Source: Mustelus asterias (Eukaryota). From it: a stretch of 64,000 nt of DNA. Made by a program: the position numbers and the translations under genes. The notes under the pieces are model-generated. The model saw nothing but the letters and a program-made list of their open reading frames with translations, was not told the DNA's origin and made no database searches. The stretch spans positions 66,588,001 through 66,652,000 of the forward strand of contig NC_135812.1 in the NCBI RefSeq assembly GCF_964213995.1, read 5' to 3'. This document shows positions 1 to 35,186 of this stretch, one piece after another (within the stretch, counting starts at the first letter, position 1; each line of letters opens with the position of its first letter).

Positions 1-26
1 GACCTAATTAAATCTCTACAAAAATA

Positions 27-195
27 GAAAATGCTGGAAAATCTCAGCAGTCTGACAGCATTTGTGGAGAGAGAACAGAGAGAAGAATCACCCAATCTTG
101 AAACATTAGTTCTGTCTCTCTCCACAGATGCTGTCAGACTTGGTGAGAATATCCAGTATTTTCTGTTGTTGTTTCCGAATCCATAGTAATTTGTT
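27..195. repeat. Decayed inverted-repeat (foldback) element, Penelope-like shark repeat
   Basis: Arm 27-79 (aaaatgctggaaaatctcagcagtctgacagcatttgtggagagag) is the imperfect reverse complement of 111-162. Related pieces lie at 15830-15927, 41407-41592 and 42504-42596. The family name is from recall. Confidence 0.6.
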
Positions 196-1176
196 TTTTA
201 ATTAAATGTCTAGTTCACATGGAACTATGCAGCAAACATCAGTGCCATATGGTTTATTTTCTTTCTCTGTCTATACCTGTCACAGATTGCTCCATTTACG
301 GCGTAATGGGGTGGTGTGTGTCATTGTAACCTGTTTGCAGGAAAACGCAACGATTGTTGATATTTATGAGATCCATTAAATCTTATTGGGTCAAATATGG
401 CACGATGGTGTAAAGGAATCAGCAATTCATTCAATTGATAAATCATGTACTTAAATCTATAATTTTATAACATCCGGGGAAGATACATATATACTTTGCA
501 TGTGTTATTTTGATTTAAATATTATGTTGCACAGTTACCAGATATCTTCATCTCAGAGAAGTGTTATATTTCAGCCTGAAATGTAAACACGTGCTTCTGA
601 TGTTATACGAGCCCAAATATTTGCACCGTCCACATTCTGGAGGGTAATGTAACATAATCCTTCAAGGAGTATTTGGAGATTTTGAAGCATTGCTTGTTCA
701 TGAAGCAAATATATTCATCCTTTCCAAAATTTGCAGGTCCGTTTAAAATTATGTTCTTTAAATCTATGTTCAAAATATTTTTAAATGTAACTATTCATTC
801 ATTCTTCGATTTCCTTTCACCATGCGCTATTCTGTAATCAAAAGGATAATTGCATTTCAAAAAAATGATCAGCTTTATACCTGAGGTTATAGTGAGAGGT
901 CAACTTTTAAGCTTGGGATTTTCCTTCGTAAAAATTAATCAACCAAGGATTAGGGGTATCATCAATAGTTAATATTAGTACAATATTGATAGGAGTACAG
1001 TTTCTTGATTTTTTCTTCACTAACTTGGGGAATTAACTCCGATTTTTTCACAAAAAGTCTGCAATAATTAGTTTGCTTTCCCTTCCAGTTCAACATGCTC
1101 AGAAACCTATGTTTTTCTCATTCCTGCTGCTAATTTGTGCTACGGCTAATCTATACCTGAGTATTCAATCAAGAAT

Positions 1177-1490
1177 GGGGCACAGTAGCTAGCACTGCTC
1201 CTTCACAGCACCAGGGACCCAAGTTCAATTCTGGCCTCCGGTCACTGTGAGGAGTTTGTACATTCTTCCTGTGTCTGCGTGGGTTTCCTCCGGGTGCTCC
1301 GGTTTCCTCCCACTGTCCAAAGATGTGCAGGTTAGGTTGATTAGCCATGCTAAATTGACCTTAGTGTCAGGGGAATTAGCAGGTTAAACATGTGGGGTTA
1401 TGAGAATAGGGCCTGGATGGGATTGTGATCGGTGCAGACTCGATGGGCTGAATGGCCTCCTTCTGCACTGTAGGGATTCTATGATTCTAT
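1177..1490 (+). mobile_element. V-SINE (HE1-like), tRNA-derived head and CR1-like tail
   Basis: B-box-like gttcaattc, V-core gtgtctgcgtgggtttcctccgggtgctccggtttcctccca, tail gattctatgattctat. Confidence 0.85.
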
Positions 1491-1659
1491 GAAAAACCTG
1501 CAACAATGCCATTGAATTGCCAAATAGCCTGTGAAAATAAAAACGTGCTATACGTAACATTCAGCACATTATGCAAGCTAATGAGACAAATGTGAAATGA
1601 AGAGGACAAAGAAGTCCAAAAAAGGCATACTCCCAGACAATATTTGCAAGTGGCTTCAA

Positions 1660-3005
1660 TGTCCTCATTTAGCAGGACAACTCCAATCCAGCTAATTACC
1701 ATTCCATCACTCGACTCTCAATCATCAGCAAACTAATGGCAGGTATTGTCGAAAATATCAAGTGGTGTTTACTCACCTGCTCAATTAAGGTCACTTTAGG
1801 TTCTGTCAGGGGGACATGGCTCCTGACCTCATTACAGCCTTGGTCCAAACATGGACAAAAGAGGTGAATTCTGGAGGTGAGATGAGTGATTGCCCTTGAT
1901 ATCAAGCCAGTATCTAACCAAGTGTGGCATCAAGGAACATTAGTGAATTTAAAGTCAACAGGAATCAAAGGAGAAAGTTCTCAACTGGTTTGAATCATGC
2001 CTAACTTGAGGGAAGATGCTTATGGCTGTTGGAAGCCAAGCATCTTAGCCCCAGAACATTGCTGTAAGTGCACCGCAGGGTAGCATCTACGACCAATCTT
2101 TTTGAACTGCTTCATTGATGAATTTTTTTCTATCATAAGGTCAGAAGTGGGGCTTTTCATTGATGATTTCACAGAATTTAGTAAAGTCTTGGATTCTGAA
2201 GCAGTTCGTATTTTTTATGGAAGTGAGAATAATGTTTGCACAAGTGAAAGGGCATTATCATCTCCAACAAAAGGCAATCGAACGATCCACCTTTGTCATT
2301 CAATAGCATCATCATCACTGAATCCCCACCATCAACTTCCTGAGAGTTACCACTGAGTAGAATCTTAACTGGATCAGCTATTAAATACTGTGGCAAAAAG
2401 AGCAGGTCAGAAGCTTGAAATTCTGCAGCCAATAACTCACTTTTTGACTCCCCAGAACCTGTTCAACATCTACAAGTACAAGTCCTGAGTTTGATCGAAC
2501 ACTCCCAATTTGGCCTGAATGAGTGCAGCTCCAACAACACTCAAGAAGCTTACCATCATCTAGGTTAAAGCAGCCTGATTGGTGTACCTCATCCACCACC
2601 ATAAACATTCACTCCTTCCAACACCAGCACTGGCAGCAGTGTGTTACATCAAAAAATACACTTCAGCAACTGCCAAGGATCCTTTGATCGCATTTTTCAA
2701 ATTTGTGACCTCTACCACCTAGGAGATCAAGGACAGCTAACGTATGGGAACACCACCGCATGCATGTTTTCCATCAACTCACCCAACATCCTGACTTGGG
2801 ATCATACTGCTATTCCTTCATCATCAATGAGTGAAAACACCTGAAACTCTATCCTTTTTCAGGATTGTGGATGTATCTACCTCACATGTGGCTGCTGTGG
2901 CTGACGAAGACAGCTCACCACCACCCTTCATCAAGGCAAATCGGGATGGGCAATAAATGCTGACCTTGCCAGCGACTCTCACATCCCATGAAGGAATAAA
3001 AACAA
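1660..3005 (+). mobile_element. Decayed non-LTR retrotransposon, RT and 3' end (CR1/L2-related)
   Basis: Frameshifted RT-like sequence ending gggatgggcaataaatgctg...cacatcccatgaaggaataaa. The same family recurs at 42885-43365 and 56845-57543. Confidence 0.7.
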
Positions 3006-4370
3006 AAAGTAAAAACTGATGGGGGGAAAGCCAGTTTGACCCGCAAAACTGTAAAATGATACAATCAGTAAAGAAGGCAGTTATAACTTTATCACTTCGT
3101 TATTCTGTCCACTTGGAGTCATACTGCAAAATCCCCATGAAATATATGAGCCGATCTAACAAAAACAGAAGAGGGTTACAGGTGTCATGAATGATGCAGG
3201 ATATAGAAATCATGAGTGCTATCCTCAAAACGTAAATTTATTTGCATAATTCATGTGGAATGATTGTTGACCATTTGCACATTTAGTGAGTTGCAGCCCT
3301 TTTGTTCAGTGCAAGGTTTGGGCAAGTAGCGCTTACACAAACTGGCTGATCCCATGGCATAGAGATTTATTGTTGTAGTGTCTATTCAATGCCTTATCCA
3401 CTGAGTCCAAATGGGTGACAATAGAATTCATCCAGGTTTTCACTTCTCACCTTTGCATCCCGAATGAAACCCAATCTCCTCAAATGGAATTCCTTTGTAA
3501 GGTCTAGATCGTTCACTCTGACATGGTACATTTGGCCTGGAGTAATTATTTCCTTAGATCAAGTTAGCACCAGATTTTCCTTTGGGGAGAGGTTCTCACA
3601 TCCCTGCTCGTGTTTCTTTTTGTCTCATTTTTACCGAAGAATTGCTTCAAAGGAATGAAAATAACACTAAAACAAGTGGTGTATAGGATTTACAGGTGAA
3701 GTAGTCACTCAATAATCAGAATGACATCATTAGAATATTGAAGCATTTATTAAACTGACTGGTTTTGTTCTTTTAAAGTCATGCTGATCAGTTCACAATT
3801 TTGCACATCGACCTTTCCTGATATGAAATGAAAATATCCCACGTGCAGGTAAAATGGTGAGCGGCCACACTATTCAGCTTTCCCACTGGCAGCCGTTTAC
3901 CTTTGTGTTGGCAGAATGACCTTCAAAAGACAAGGGGCCCGATTTTACCATTTGGAGTCTAAGGGCTGGATCCGGGCGTAATGCAGATCCGAGCCCGGAA
4001 TCTTCTTTGCAGCGCGCCCATACGCTTTTTGCCGGCTCCAGTCCGATCCGCGCAGTGGGCGGGGCTTAGCGCTGCCGGAACGATCGGAGCTCTGAACTGC
4101 GCATGCGCAGGTGATGGTTACAGAACTGTGCCACTTCCTACAATTTAACCTGCAGCCTTATACCAGGATGGGGAATGATGCTGCCAGTGGCTGTCAAGGT
4201 TACCGCTGCCATCAATTACTGCGCCAGTAGATTTTTCCAGATATGAAGAGGGAACATCAGTCACATCTCACAGTCCACCACTGTTGTTTGCTACATCAGA
4301 GAGGTGGGAAAAGCCTTTTTGTTGCAGAGGGGCCTTCATCATCTTTTTACAGGCCAGAGAAATGCAAGAC

Positions 4371-4714
4371 TAGAGAATCATAAAATCCATAGAATCCTAG
4401 AATCCCTACAGTGCAGGAGGAAGCCATTCGGCCCATCGAGTCTGAACCGACAACAATCCCACCCATACCCTTTCCCCGTACATTTACTCCGCTATCCCTC
4501 TAACCTACATGTCCCAGGACACTAAGGGGCAATTTAGCATGGCCAATCAACCTAACCCGCACATCTTTGGAATGTGGGAGGAAACGGGAGCACCCGGAGG
4601 AAACCCACACGGACACAGGGAGAATGTGCAAACTCCACACAGTGATCCAAGCCAGGAATTGAACCAAGGTTCCTGTGGGGCAGCAGTGCTAAGCACTGTG
4701 CCACCGTGCCACCC
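4371..4714 (-). mobile_element. V-SINE (HE1-like)
   Basis: Reverse-complement V-core (gggaggaaacgggagcacccggaggaaacccacac) with tRNA-like head at ~4650-4714. Confidence 0.85.
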
Positions 4715-5479
4715 CATATGAATTTGCCAGACTGGCAGGATTCACAATGATGTAAGATGCAATCAACTGCACTTCTGGCTTTGGCGAGCTCCACAAGTAA
4801 ACAAGCGCTGCCACATGGTGTGCAACCTTTTCTCAAAGATAACTCTTTTTGAATATCTGCTACACTGGCAATAACCATAACACACCTATCCTGCACCAAG
4901 AAAACATTGGCATAGTGAAGCAACAGTTCCACTTTCTGGACTGCTCATAGGAGTCCTCCAGGATTAACAGGAATGGGTGTTCTAAGGCATTCTCCATAAC
5001 CTTGCTACCATGAGGGCGCAGCCTTTGCCACCATAACTTTGGATGTTAGCTCAGATAGAGAAAGAAGAACAAGAGGAGCAGTAAGAAGATGATCAAAAGA
5101 GAATTGTCATAATAATAAAGTAAAAAAACACTGAATTATGTCTGGGAATATTGAGCTTTAAATAAGACCTGAGACTTTTTTTTAATGGGCACACAATCCA
5201 CTGGCTGAATTACTGCAGGGTAATTCTCTATGAGACAAAGGAAACCCTACCCTATCACCAGAGCAATCAGGGACTAATTGCCATATCTGGTAGAGACAAT
5301 TAAACGTAATGGTCATCTCACAACAAGATTTCCTGTGCAATACCCAAATGGATTTTTGTGGCCCTGTTCTGTGCTGTACTGTTCTATGTTCTATTCGTCT
5401 TCACACTTGGAATATTCAATGCTGGGGGTGGGGGCTCCGGGGTGGGGGGCGGTGGTGATCTTTTCAAAAGAATTCTAAG

Positions 5480-6497
5480 TCCAGGATGGCCAAGAAAACG
5501 GGGAAGATTCAAATCCATTTTTTGAGCGAGTTCAAATCTTCGATCTTATGTACTCAATGCATGAAAAACAACAGAAATGGTTTCTTGCCGGCAGAGGGAG
5601 GGCGGCAGGGCTTAAATACCCGAACGCTGGCTGAGAGCATTGGGACGCCCTTGCACCTGTGCAGGTCTCTAGCAATTACTGTTACTCAGCCTCTACTGCT
5701 CTCAGCCAGCCTCCCTGCCTAAACAAGGTATTCTCCAACTACCGCGGCCCCCATCCGCCCGGACCGATTCCGCTGCCCCCGCCCCCGCCCCCCGATCGCT
5801 AGCCGACCCTCCGCCCGGATCGCCGGCCCGACTGCCCTGCGATCAGCTGCCCTCCCCCACCCCGCGATTGGCCAGCCAACTCCCTGCCAATCACCTGACC
5901 TCCACGCCCACCCCCATGGCCAGCCATGATTGTCCCCCTCCCTCACCCCACTGATCCCTGATGCAGATGCACAGCGGTACCCCGCCCTGCTCCCAACGAT
6001 CCCTAATGCAGAATGCACCCACCACCAACCAGCAACCAGCCTCCCCCGGTCTGGCTCCCCCCAGTAGGCCCCACCCTCTCTGGGTCTGGCAGTGCAAGTC
6101 TGGCACTATGCAAAGGCCTCCCCCCTTGCCCCCAACCTCCCCAGGGGGCCTCAATGGCCTCCAGTTCTACCGGCGAGGCCATCATGACAGGTCGCTGGGG
6201 ACCAGCTGTGATTCTCCATTCCAGGTTCTTGCCGGCAAGATCACAGAGGCAAATGAACCCCGACGATACCGTCCTGGTGTATTAAATCAGTGTAAAATTA
6301 GATTTAAATATATTTAAATAAATTATTCAGCTTCGCGCCAGAAATGGGCATGCAGCTGATCGTGCTGGATATCCAGTGCCAGTAAGATCATGAGAGGGGA
6401 GAAATTGGGCATAAACCATGATTGCTTGTCTCTCGTGTGATTGTACCGGCTAGCCCTGCCCATCAGCCCGGTGGGGTGCAATGGTAAGAGCACCCCC
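5480..6497. mobile_element. GC-rich non-autonomous DNA-transposon-like (MITE-like) repeat
   Basis: C-rich low-complexity core. Right end gtaagagcaccccc resembles the termini at 26659 and 36785. The left boundary is uncertain. Confidence 0.4.
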
Positions 6498-6727
6498 AAA
6501 GAATGGGTTTAAAGCCAGCTGAAAAGCTGCCCCACATTGTCTGTGTGTGCTCTGTGAGAACAAGTGCCGTAAAGTTTGACACAGAAATAAAAGCCAACAA
6601 ACATACTCACATTACCCATGCAAATAGCAATTTTGCAAGAATCTCTCTCTCTCTGACTGGAAGTCAGTCAAGTCAGCAAAGACTGCAGCTGAACAAGAAC
6701 CGGGTAGCGTCTCCGCCACACTACAGA

Positions 6728-8878
6728 ACACTGCAATCGCAAAACTGACAATGTGGCCAAGATTAGTCATAAGACAGAGGATTGCGAAAGTCTTAGAAAC
6801 CAACAAAAGTTGACCAAAAATGTAATAAAGAGGGAGCAAATAAACTAGGAGGGAAAACTCACGAGTAATATAAAAATGCACAGTAAGAGCTTCATTAAAT
6901 ATGCAAATAGGAAGCGAGGCCAAAGTTAAAATAGGCCCTTTAGAGAATGAGACTGGTGAAATAATAATGGAGAAGCAGGAAATGGCAGAGGAGTTAATTA
7001 AATACTTTGCACCAGTCATTACAATGGAAGATGCTAATATCATTCCAAAAAGATGAAATAATAAAGGGGCAAAGGGATGGGGAAAAGGCTTGGGGTTGGG
7101 GAGAAAATAAATATACCTATCACAAGAGAAAAAGTACTAGGGAAACTAACAGAGCTAAGTGCTGAGAAGTCCCCCGGACCTGATGGGATGCATCCTTGTA
7201 AGTAGGAAGGAGGAAGTAGCTACTGAGATAGTGGATGCACAGGTAGCAGTAATCTCCAAAGAATCCTTAAATTCTGTAAAAATAGTAAGAAGTTTAACAA
7301 CACCAGGTTAAAGTCCAACAGGTTTATTTGGTAGCAAAAGCCACACAAGCTTTCGAGGCCTCGAAAGCTTGTGTGGCTTTTGCTACCAAATAAACCTGTT
7401 GGACTTTAACCTGGTGTTGTTAAACTTCTTACTGTGTTTACCCCAGTCCAACGCCGGCATCTCCACATTCTGTAAAAATGCCAGAGGATTGGAAAACTGC
7501 CAATGTAACACTCTTTTTCAAAAAGGGAGAGAGACAAAAAACAGGTAAGTATAGGCCATTTAGCTTAACATCCATTGCAAAGGAACATCTGGCAGAGCAT
7601 TTAGAAATACAAAACATAATCAAGCAGAATCAGGAGGGCTTCACGAAGGGGAATCATATCTGACAAATTTGTTAGAATTCTTTGAGGTAACGAGCAGAAT
7701 AGATAGTAAGGAACCAACAGATGTTGTATAACTGGAGTTCCAAAAAGCATTTGATAAGATACCGCACAAAAGGCTACTTAATAAGATAATAGTCCATGGT
7801 GTTTGGGGTAGTATATTAGCATGGGCAGAGGAATGGCTGAGAGAAGACAGAGAGTTGGAATATGACGTGCATTTTCAGGATGGCAACCTGTAACTAGTGG
7901 AGTGGAGTGCCACAGGGATCAGTAATTTACAATATATATTTAAGACGTGGATGAGAGGAGTGAATGTACTATTGTCAAGTTTGCAGATGACACAAAAGTG
8001 GTTGGGAAGGCAAGTAGTGAGTCCACAAAAGTCCACAGAGGGATATAGACAAGAGTATGTGAGTGGGCAAAACAATTGGCAATATAATGGAGGAAAATGT
8101 GGAGTTTTGCACTTTGGTAGGAAGAATAAAGGAGCTGAATATTATTTAAATGGAGAAAGACTGCAGAAAGCTGCAGCATAGAGGGATTTGGGGATCCTCA
8201 TATATAAATCAAACAAAGCTAGCATGCAATTCAGCAGGAAATAGGGAAGGCAAATGGAATATTGGCCTTAATTTCAAAAGGGACTGGAATATAAAAATAG
8301 GGAAGCCATGATAAAACTATACAAGGTACTAGTTAGACCACGCTTGGAAGACTGTGAAGAGTTTTGGCTCCCTTAAAGAAGTATATACTGGAATTAGAGG
8401 AACTTCACTAGATTGATCTTGGGTATGAAGAGAGGTTGAGTAGTTTGGACCCGTACTCATTGGAATTGAGAAGAATGAGAGGTAACCTTATTGAGACATA
8501 TAGAATTCTCACAGGGTTTGTCAGAGTAAATGCTGAGAGGTTATTTCCCCTTGTTGGAGAGTCTAGCACCAGAGGGTCGTATCTCAGAGTAAGGAGTTGC
8601 CCATTTAAGACAGTGCTCAGGAAAAATTTCTTCTCTCAGAGAATACTGAATTTATGGAATTCTTTCCTCTGAGGCTATAGAGGCTGGGTCATTAAATATA
8701 TTCAAGGCTGGGGTAGACAGATTTTTAATCAGTAAGGGAGTGAAGGGTTATGGGAACAAGGCAAAAGATTGGAGTTGAGGAAGATCATATGAGATCAGTC
8801 ATGATCTCATTGAACGGCAGAGCAGATTCAATGGGCCAAATGGACTACTTCTGCTCCTATGTCTCATGGTGCTATGGT
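6728..8878 (+). mobile_element. Decayed CR1 LINE, ORF2 and 3' UTR
   Basis: Fragments PEDWKTANVTLFFKKGERQKTGKYRPFSLTS, LHFGRKN and YSLELRRMRGNLIETY, with many stops and frameshifts and a CR1-type tail. Confidence 0.9.
7284..7466. mobile_element. Short Penelope-like insertion forming a perfect 150-bp palindrome, with 13-bp TSD
   Basis: 7284-7358 is the exact reverse complement of 7359-7433. ATTCTGTAAAAAT is duplicated at 7271-7283 and 7467-7479. The insertion interrupts the CR1. Confidence 0.85.
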
Positions 8879-10145
8879 CCCCTGGGACATTGCCTCAATG
8901 ATGCTAGCAATCTACTGGAGGACAGATTGCTGACCTGTTGTGAGAGCCTGCATGCCTCTTTGGGCAACTGTGTTGGCAGCCATGATAGCAGCATTCTAAG
9001 TCAGCATGGCATCAAGTTGTGTTTGCATGGTGACAAGTGTGGATCTCACGACTTCAGGTTGAATTTCCACAGTAGCACTGAGAAGTCTACCTGTGCTGCA
9101 ACTGAAGCTGAGACATTGTCCACCAAATGCCTGCAAGATGGGTGGGTCCTCAGGTGCTGTCATGGAGTTGGTCATTACTTCCATGCTACTAAACATGGAT
9201 TGTACGAAGCCCTGTGCCACGTTGGATGTTGGATTCTTCCATGTTTCTTGATCGTGACAAGAGGCTTTGTCGCAGGCCAGCCATTACACCCACTGTCATT
9301 CTCCTGTACACTGCCCCAATGAAAGCCTCATCTGAGTTCTCTGTATATTGTGACTATAGATCAGTTACTTTCAACATCTCCTATCCATGCCCCACCGACT
9401 TTCCTCCCTTTTTGCATTTCTCATTTCAGATGTCCAAGAACTTTCAGCAGTCCAGCCTCTTTATGACTGATCATAGATGCACCAGGCATCTGATGAAGAA
9501 GCACCATCACTTGTTCTGGCAATCGAAGCCATCAGCTCCGATAAGGACACGATGTTAAACTGAATAAAGAAAAGTGACAACTTACATTTATACAGTGCTC
9601 TCTATGAGAACCACACAGCTCACAATGCTTTACAGTCAATGAAGTACTTTTGAAGTTCAATGACTATTGCAATAAAGGAAAAATTTACAAGGTAATAGAG
9701 AGATTTAATAGATCAGCACGTGGTGAGAAACTGGGCACAAGTGGGCTGCAGCCAGGCCAAGGGAAATGAAGGCAATTTCACAGACAGGTTCTGCTTGCTC
9801 TTCACGCTAGATAGCAAAATGAGAATAAGGTGCAATTTTGTATTTTAATTAAAATGTTACAGAAACAAGATGTTGTGGCCATATTTCCAAAATGTTACCG
9901 ACAACGGAAGGAGTAAACCTATCAACAGCAAGTTATATGCTTGCAATTAGATTTCTTAATGATATATGCAGTCTTTGCTGATGAGGAAAGTTTCACCTGA
10001 TCAGCACAAGTCTATTTTAGAGATTCAGTCCATGAAGATGTTAAAAACAGGACAGGAATATAACAGACTTGTCATACTCAGTTTCACGGGCTCAACTAAT
10101 ATGGGTATACATGATGGGGACTGGATCGATGGTCAAAAACCATCA

Positions 10146-10272
10146 TCAAATTACTGATCTTGCTTCTCTAATTATATCCTGATATTGGAATACCACTTAA
10201 AGCAACCATCTTTTGTACGCTAAATATAGGAGCAGGACTTGCTGTATCGACAAGAAACACACGTATATAAGT
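10146..10272 (+). promoter_or_regulatory. MYH proximal promoter: AT-rich elements, MEF2 site, TATA box
   Basis: TCAAATTA 10146-10153; CTAATTATATCC 10168-10179; CTAAATATAG 10220-10229 fits MEF2 YTA(W)4TAR; TATATAA 10264-10270, followed by a strong donor CAGG|GTAAGT at 10314/10315. Confidence 0.75.
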
Positions 10273-10293
10273 TGTCTAGGAAATAGAGAAAGC

Positions 10294-10314
10294 TGCTGGT
10301 GTCCAACCATCAGG
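10294..10314 (+). other. Probable non-coding exon 1 of MYH (TSS approximate)
   Basis: Starts ~30 nt after the TATA box and ends at a consensus donor. Sarcomeric MYH genes typically have the ATG in exon 3. Confidence 0.6.
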
Positions 10315-10373
10315 GTAAGTTTCTTGCTAACTTTCTCAAGTATCTGAGTGAAGGTGCTGATTTTATTTTTCAG

Positions 10374-10398
10374 TACGGAGGTGATCTCATCAAATTAT
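10374..10398 (+). other. Probable non-coding exon 2 of MYH
   Basis: Acceptor ttttatttttcag at 10361-10373 and candidate donor gtaaag at 10399. The 3' end is uncertain. Confidence 0.45.
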
Positions 10399-11545
10399 GT
10401 AAAGTTTAACAGAATGAATCAATCCAGAAAATTATCTCAATATAAGCGTCAAAAGACATAAATGTAATTCGTCCGTTAAAATCGGATCCAAAGAAGTAAA
10501 ATTGATTGATTTGTTGTGAATTTTTTTTACTAGAATTGCTGTGAAGGATTTTTCTTACCGGGGACGCATAAAGGTAACGGATGTTATGACAACCAAATGT
10601 GAACTCAAATTTCTTGAATAGAAAACGAGTCAATGCCACTGTTTGGGTTTGACAGTGGGTCTTGCAGACAAAAGGATTTCAGGGTCATTTCACATCTAGT
10701 TTGCCTTGCTGCTATCAAAGAGGCTGTTACCTCATAAATATCTCACTGCAAGCAGCTGGTTCAGCTGCAAGAAGCACAACACCATGTATCAGACCAAGGG
10801 CACATAAACCGTACACGGTCTATGTAAAAGTGGCTGGGCGATCGGGCATTGCTTCTTACAGTTTGGAAATCACTTAACACAGAATTATTCAGGACCATTA
10901 AAAGCTTTAAATCACTTTGGCATTCTTCAGATGCCAGACAAATTCACATGACAGGACGTTTCCAACCTATTAAATTCAGCGGCACACAACACAAATGCTC
11001 TGGTTTTGAAAATGTCAAGGCACACCCGGCCTTTTGGCAGTAACCTGGGATCACCAATCCAAAGATGTGTTTTCTTTTCCTAGAAATGAATAAACCAGGA
11101 AAATCGTAACAATAGGCTTCATGTGAGAAACAGCTACTCCTGAATGTGCTAACATGTCGCTCGCGGAGGCGTCTTACAGATTTTATCGTCATTAACACAC
11201 AAATTGCATTTTGTAATCTCGTGTCTGTCAAATCACAGATCATCAATCATTTTAAGGATCTGAATAGCTTTCATGTTTAGAGGGGCTCGCCATTACGTTT
11301 TAAAGTTTATTTATTAGTGTCACAAGTCGGCTTTACATGAGCACGGCAACGGAGTGACTGTTAAAATAGGAATTGACACTTTTACCTCTACAAGCAGTTA
11401 GATTAGATTGAGTTCAAATGTGAGGGATCTTGCTTTCCGATAAACCAAGGAAGTACTTAATCGTGTCAAGAAATGATGCAATATAAGATGCTGATTCTGT
11501 TATTTATATAAACACACCTGTTTATTTTAGCAATAAACCGAAGCC

Positions 11546-33979
<22,434 letters not shown>

Positions 33980-34067
33980 ATGACGATTTGAAATGGTCCA
34001 AAGAAGAAATCCACAAAATGTGTGTTTCTTTGTAACATAGTTTTATAAAGGTAGCTCTGTCAGTAGA

Positions 34068-34073
34068 AATAAA
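34068..34073 (+). terminator. MYH polyadenylation signal
   Basis: AATAAA ~90 nt after the stop, followed by the T/GT-rich tract tctttctttgtcatctttgtctgtt. Confidence 0.8.
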
Positions 34074-34339
34074 AGCGCATCTCTGAAAAATCTTTCTTTG
34101 TCATCTTTGTCTGTTAGCTGTCTTGATAATGACTCTGGGAATAAAAATGCTGCACAGAAAAATCCAATGAAATTAGATTGTGAAAAAATGTAGGAAGGAG
34201 AATCCATTAGAATGGTGCACATGAAATTGTTGCAATCAAGAAACTGCCATATCTTTATTATACTGTTGAAACTAAGGGGTGGAAATTATTCTGGATCCTC
34301 ATGAGCCCAACTGGGAGGCCCAGCATTAAAACCAGCCTC

Positions 34340-34611
34340 AAAGAACAAAGAGAATTACCGCACAGGAACAGGCCCTTCGGGCCTCCAAACCTGCACTGAC
34401 CATGCTGCCTGATGTGACTAAAAGCCCCTACGCTTCCAGGGACCATATCCCTCTATTCCCATCCTATTCATGTACTTGTCAACCTTAAAAGTCACTACCG
34501 TATCCGCTTCCACTACCTCTCCTGGCAACGAGTTCCAGGCACCCTCTACTCTCTGTGTAAAAAATCTACCTTGTACATCTCCTTTAAACCTTGCCCCTCA
34601 CACCTTAAACC
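34340..34611 (-). mobile_element. CR1 3' fragment (duplicated at 52219-52499)
   Basis: Tail aaagaacaaag; the paralog translates RFFTQRVVGAWNPLP on the minus strand. Confidence 0.85.
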
Positions 34612-35029
34612 TATCAGGTCTCAGTAAGTTTTTTTTGGCATGAGCTGCCAAAACCTGCGTTGCCTTGACAGGTAACTCCCTCATTTGAGGATGCTGATTG
34701 CTGGGTCACTGATTTCAAGTGCAGCAGACCTGGAAGTCGTTCTGAGGAGCAGTATGAGAGAAGGCAGGACAACCGTGGAGTCAAAAGGAGACTTCTGTTC
34801 TTCCTGGCTCACCACGAGATTTGCTGAATAATGTTCTATTAAAATGCCTAACCTTTTATTATTGGCTGCTATTACTGAAGAACCCTGACCAGGACAGGCT
34901 TATTGATTACAAGAACAGAGGAAACCGGCTTACTGATAAACCTGCTTAGCTCTTCTTTAAATTATGAGAACAGACTGGGAAAACTCTAATGTGAAGTTGC
35001 TGAACTGAAGAGGGATAAATTCCATGAGA

Positions 35030-35186
35030 TCGTAGAATCCCTGCGGTGCACAAGGAGGCCATTCGGCCCATCAAGCCTGCACTGACAGCAATCCCACCCA
35101 GGCCCTATCCCCGTAACCGGTTCATCCCCCTGACATTAAGGGGTAATTTAGCATGGCCAATCAACCTAACCCACACATCTTTGGAG
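35030..35186 (-). mobile_element. V-SINE 3' half (duplicated at 52917-53078)
   Basis: tttagcatggccaatcaacctaacccacacatctttgg. Confidence 0.75.

Larger units (their letters stand above)
1..2143 (+). repeat. Older segmental duplication, copy 1 (paralog of 41395-43365)
   Basis: Colinear non-repeat matches, e.g. 541 atcttcatctcagagaagtgttatatttcag vs 41921 and 656 taatccttcaaggagtatttggagatt vs 42032. Homology ends at aaggtca (2143 and 43365). Confidence 0.9.

Noticed and set aside
5719-6317. Cluster of overlapping Pro/Gly-rich ORFs (similar ones at 36265-36855, 37761-38165 and 58961-59539)
   Set aside because: GC-rich, strand-skewed repeat interiors with few stop codons and no recognisable domains.
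8750-9558. 190-aa and 114-aa ORFs upstream of MYH
   Set aside because: The first begins within the CR1 3' UTR. Neither has a recognisable motif or splice support.
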